Source of the DNA: Chondromyces crocatus
GTDB taxonomy: Bacteria > Myxococcota_A > Polyangia > Polyangiales > Polyangiaceae
Reading direction: 5' to 3'
Assembly (NCBI RefSeq): GCF_001189295.1
Contig: NZ_CP012159.1
Span: 9,969,856-10,001,855, forward strand
Length of the DNA stretch: 32,000 nucleotides
The notes beneath the pieces were generated by a model. The model was given only the letters and a program-made list of their open reading frames with translations, did not search any database and was not told where the DNA came from. Of the stretch, positions 25,562 through 32,000 are shown one piece after another (position 1 is the stretch's first letter; each line of letters starts with the position of its first letter). The position numbers were made by a program, and so were the translations under genes.

Positions 25562-26154
25562 GGTGATCCCTTCGAGGGCGCAAGGCCCCGTTCGGCCCCG
25601 GATCCGTCGGCGAACCGCCGTGGATTCGGAAAACCAGTCATCGTTCGGGGGGCCGCGCCCCTGGACCCACACGGGCCTGAAATCACTGCGGGTTCGTCAG
25701 GGATTCCAGGTGCTTACGCGACCTGACTGACCATCAATGCACCCAGCATGCCGCCCCGGGCGGGCAGCTTATGCACCTCGATCGCGGTCAGGGAGCCCTG
25801 CAATGCGAAGTGGTCGCGCACGGAAGCCTGCCCGCGCAGTGTCACCGTCAACCCGTCTGGAGTACCGGGAAGACGGGTGCTCCCCTTGGTTGCGGCTCAT
25901 CCGTGGAGGGCATATCCCGCTCACGGAATGCCTTGACGGCCAGGGGCTCGACCCCAACGTACGCGGGAGAGATACCGCGCCGTCAGGCGGATGGGGGGAG
26001 AGGAGCGCGCTGGGGGGGAGAGAGACGATTCGTTACAGATCGCCTGGTGACGACCGGGCACAGCTGCACGGTCTGGCGCCACGCGCCTGCCACCAGGTGA
26101 GGCCTGGCGATGACCGACGGCCGCTCGTCGGTGGGAGCGAGCGGCCGAGAGCGG

Positions 26155-26478
26155 TCAGACGGAGAAGGACGAGCCGCAGCCGCAGGTGCTCTTCACGCCG
26201 GGGTTGTTGAACTTGAACCCGGAGCCGTGGAGCCCCTCCACGTAATCGATCTCGGTGTTCTCGAGGTACTGGTAGCTCAGCGGGTCGACGTAGAGCTTGA
26301 CTCCACGATCCTCGAACTGCTCGTCCAAGTCGGTCGGCTTGTCCTCGAAGTAGAGGTCGTAAGAGAAGCCAGCGCAGCCCCCACCGACCACCCGCAGACG
26401 CAGACCTTGCCCCAGGAGATCTTCCGCGACGGCGATCTCCTTCACTTTCTCGGCGGCCTTATCCGTGATCGTAACCAT
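26155..26478 (-). CDS. HesB/IscA/ErpA-family iron-sulfur cluster insertion protein
   Basis: These are the terminal 107 codons of the spurious 1354-aa ORF. ATG at 26476-26478 with GGAGGA upstream. 'LRLRVVGGGCAGFSY' and the C-terminal 'CGCGSSFSV' Cys ligands. Confidence 0.9.
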   Translation of the reverse strand: MVTITDKAAEKVKEIAVAEDLLGQGLRLRVVGGGCAGFSYDLYFEDKPTDLDEQFEDRGVKLYVDPLSYQYLENTEIDYVEGLHGSGFKFNNPGVKSTCGCGSSFSV

Positions 26479-26652
26479 GACTCGTATATTCCTCCGTCCT
26501 CGGCGCGTCGGTCCGGCCGTCACATCGCCAGGCGTGACTAGGATACGCATCCCCAAGGTTCTTCGCCAGTCCCCGCCCTGTCTGGGGTAGATCCTGGAGT
26601 TCTCCGCGGCCGACCGCCAGACGTCACGGCCCGGCGCACCAGAGGTATTGCC

Positions 26653-30408
<3,756 letters not shown>

Positions 30409-30480
30409 GGCACAAAAGCCTCGGGCCGCCCCCTCTGGATTCTCACACCCCGCCTTCGCCTGTTCTCGTAAGCTGTTCGT

Positions 30481-31920
30481 GTGCAGCTCAAGGTCAACCT
30501 CGCCCTCGCGCTATCCAGCGTGGTCCTCGCCGCCTCTGCGGCCTCCTGCTCCGTCTATGACGACAAACTCGTAGGCCCGGGGGGTTCGGGCCAGGGAGGC
30601 GACACACCAGGGAACACGGGCGGTGGTGGCTCGGGCGGCGACGGCGGCGCTGGCGGCAGCACCGGCGGAGGAGGACCGGGCGGCAACGGTGGCGCCGGCG
30701 GGGACCCGCAGTGCAGCACGCCGGCGCAGTGTCCGGGTGAGGACACCACCTGCGCGACGCGTACCTGCGTCGGGGGTGTGTGCGGCGTCGACGCCGCCCC
30801 CGAAGGGACCGTCGTGGATCCCCAGGTAGCGGGTGATTGCCAGGTGCTCCGCTGTGATGGCGCTGGCGCGGCTGTCGCCACGCCCGACGATACGGACCTG
30901 CCCGACGACGGCAACGAGTGCACGACCGATACGTGCAGTCAGGGGACGCCGGTCCACACGCCGCAGGTCGACGCGGCCTGTACCCAGGGTGGGAACTACT
31001 GCAACGCGGCGGGGGATTGCGTCGCTTGCACGCTGGGCGCTCACTGCCCGAGCGGCGTCTGCGGGGCGCAGTTCACGTGCGCGGCGCCCGCCTGCGACGA
31101 CATGGTGCGGAACGGGATGGAGACGGACGTCGACTGTGGCGGCCCCGACTGCGGTCCTTGTGCGACCGGCCAGGTCTGCGGCGCAAATGCGGACTGCGTG
31201 GGCGGCCTCTGCGCCGGGACGTGCCAGGCCACCTGCTCCGATACGATGCAGAACAACGGCGAGACCGATGTCGACTGCGGTGGCGCGAACTGCAGCGCCT
31301 GCGCCATCGGCAAGCGCTGCGCGAGCGCTTCGGACTGTGTGTCCGGCGTCTGCGGCTCCGACGGCGTGTGTCAGCCCCGGGTGGTCATCAGCGAGGCGCG
31401 CAGCCGTGGTCTCGGCGGCGCGAACGATGACTTCCTCGAGATCTACAACCCGATGAGCGTGCCGGTGGTGCTCGACAACCAGTGGAAGATCGAGGCCCGC
31501 GGCTCGGACGCCCAGAACTACACGACGCGCTGGACGGGAAGCGGAGCGACGCTCCCTCCCCATGGGCACTTCCTGATCGGCGGCTCTGCCTACACCCAGA
31601 TGCCCACCCGCGACGCCGCCCTGAGCAGCGGCCTCGCCGACGCGGGCAGCGTGCGTCTGGTCCACGCGAACCAGGTGCTCGATGCGCTCTGCTACTACAC
31701 CACCCCCGCCACGCTCACCCAGCTCCAGAACGGCGTGAACTTCAGCTGCGAACAGACGCCCATCCAGAACCCGACGGGCACCAGCAACGTCGATCGGAGC
31801 CTGGAGCGCATGCCCGGGGGCGCGGCCGGCAACGGGACGGACACCAACAACAACAGCGCCGACTTCGCCCCGCGCGAACCCGCCTTCCCGCAGAACCTCG
31901 CCAGCGCGCCCACGCCCTGA
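30481..31920 (+). CDS. Lipoprotein with a Gly-rich linker, Cys-rich repeats and a C-terminal lamin-tail domain (LTD)
   Basis: GTG start. Signal/lipobox 'LSSVVLAASAASC'. Two ~47-aa modules 'NG-ETDVDCGG--C--CA-G--C----DCV-G-C'. LTD 'VVISEARSRGLGGANDDFLEIYNPMSVPVVLDNQWKIEARG'. Confidence 0.75.
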   Translation: MQLKVNLALALSSVVLAASAASCSVYDDKLVGPGGSGQGGDTPGNTGGGGSGGDGGAGGSTGGGGPGGNGGAGGDPQCSTPAQCPGEDTTCATRTCVGGVCGVDAAPEGTVVDPQVAGDCQVLRCDGAGAAVATPDDTDLPDDGNECTTDTCSQGTPVHTPQVDAACTQGGNYCNAAGDCVACTLGAHCPSGVCGAQFTCAAPACDDMVRNGMETDVDCGGPDCGPCATGQVCGANADCVGGLCAGTCQATCSDTMQNNGETDVDCGGANCSACAIGKRCASASDCVSGVCGSDGVCQPRVVISEARSRGLGGANDDFLEIYNPMSVPVVLDNQWKIEARGSDAQNYTTRWTGSGATLPPHGHFLIGGSAYTQMPTRDAALSSGLADAGSVRLVHANQVLDALCYYTTPATLTQLQNGVNFSCEQTPIQNPTGTSNVDRSLERMPGGAAGNGTDTNNNSADFAPREPAFPQNLASAPTP

Positions 31921-32000
31921 CCCGCGCTGCCACGCCGTGGTAGAGTCGCTGCGGACGCCAGGCGGGGAGAGCAGGATGAACGGGATTTCCACGCGAGCGA

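Noticed and set aside
25737-26210. 157-aa plus-strand ORF in the gap upstream of the sigma gene
   Set aside because: Third-codon positions are not GC-enriched, the composition is Arg/Gly/Pro junk, and it runs into the erpA-like gene on the opposite strand.
26479-26652. Cobalamin or SAM riboswitch in the erpA-metH divergent spacer
   Set aside because: I could not find a B12-box-like or SAM-I-like conserved core by eye. metH is also not a usual B12-riboswitch target. An Infernal/Rfam scan would settle it.
31976-32000. Possible ATG (MNGISTRA...) preceded by GGGGAGAG at the window edge
   Set aside because: Only 8 codons are visible, so it cannot be supported as a gene.

Overview
This is a roughly 70% GC chromosomal window. 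It is probably from a myxobacterium (Myxococcota). That inference rests on a MYXO-CTERM-type sorting tail, a FrzS/AglZ-like atypical-receiver coiled-coil protein, Gly/Pro low-complexity linkers and many mirror ORFs. I support 25 protein genes and one RNA gene.

Housekeeping genes: argE, a LOG-family hydrolase, punA-cdd (ATGA-coupled), ATP-type pfk, htrA/degP, proC, RNase P RNA (rnpB), a HesB/IscA/ErpA Fe-S protein and full-length metH.

Signalling genes: a CheY-like regulator next to a PAS-PAS-RsbR-type STAS protein, a PilZ protein, an ECF sigma/FecR anti-sigma pair and an RpoH-like sigma factor.

Surface proteins: two lamin-tail-domain (LTD) proteins, a Tyr/Trp-rich WXXGXW protein and a poly-Thr lipoprotein.

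I saw no transposase, integrase, cas genes, CRISPR array, tRNA/rRNA or recognisable defence system, and I cannot name a clear novel multi-gene system.

The features not explained by ordinary gene content are:
- A 43-bp x7 noncoding tandem array with two dyad symmetries per unit, followed by a roughly 49% GC tract (23.27-23.9 kb). It lies downstream of an orphan ORF near rnpB.
- Two palindrome-bearing tandem arrays (29 bp x3.2 and 35 bp x3) and a perfect 22-bp palindrome, all upstream of minus-strand genes.
- An exact 11-residue repeat in the FrzS/AglZ-like protein, with His at 23 of 25 consecutive periodic positions.
- A roughly 590-bp unassigned gap containing a short high-GC3 relic frame.

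All family assignments come from motif recognition by eye. No database search was run.
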